The notes under the pieces were generated by a model that ran no database searches, was not told the DNA's origin, and was given only the letters and a program-made list of their open reading frames with translations. A program made the position numbers and the translations under genes. Shown here piece by piece: positions 63,730 to 64,000 of a stretch of 64,000 nucleotides of DNA. Origin of the DNA: Squalus acanthias (lineage: Eukaryota). Each line of letters opens with the position of its first letter. The first letter of the stretch is position 1. Location of the stretch: the NCBI GenBank assembly GCA_030390025.1, contig CM059432.1, positions 34,040,001 to 34,104,000 on the forward strand, written 5' to 3'.

Positions 63730-64000
63730 GCTAAGATATAGAGTAAAGTTCCCTCTACACCATCCCATCGAATACTCCCAGGGCAGGTACAGCACAGATT
63801 AGATACAGAGTAAAGCTCCCTCTACACTGTCCCATCAAACACTCCCAGGGCAGGTACCACACAGTTACATACAGAATAACACTCCCTCTACAGTGTCCCA
63901 TCAAACACTCCCAGGGCAGGTACCGCACAGTTACATACAGAATAACACTCCCTCTACACTGTCCCATCAAACATTCCCTGGGCAGGTACAGCCTAGGTTA
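63730..64000. repeat. ~66-bp tandem repeat, at least 4 copies, running off the window end
   Basis: Units start at 63801, 63867 and 63933 (period 66). Confidence 0.92.

Noticed and set aside
63730..64000. Regular repeats as a CRISPR-like array (also 8989-9157, 50563-50765)
   Set aside because: Contiguous tandem units without unique spacers, in a vertebrate genome with no cas genes.

Overview
Eukaryotic genomic DNA, most likely from a cartilaginous fish (shark-type SINE, LINE and Penelope repeat families). The only supportable protein-coding gene is Wnt9a on the minus strand. Coding exons 2 (50164-50423), 3 (41460-41725) and 4 (20951-21433) have canonical GT-AG junctions and a continuous reading frame. 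No signal-peptide exon 1 was found, so it probably lies beyond position 64000. The rest is intron, 3'UTR and flank, densely filled with Deu-domain (SacSINE1-like) SINEs, tRNA-SINEs with a LINE-derived tail, CR1 and L2 LINE fragments, PIF/Harbinger-like MITEs, Penelope-like fragments and simple repeats. Main observations: (1) three Penelope-like insertions with target-site duplications form long fold-back palindromes, and all three inversion points fall inside a minimal hammerhead-ribozyme core; (2) an LF-SINE-like family whose 3' module has been amplified into a ~66-67 bp tandem repeat; (3) a possible ~10 kb Wnt9a 3'UTR ending at a textbook poly(A) site; (4) paired convergent CTCF motifs; (5) several TE-free blocks with developmental transcription-factor motif clusters. 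Family assignments come from remembered consensus sequences and need database confirmation. Repeat boundaries are approximate unless a TSD is quoted.
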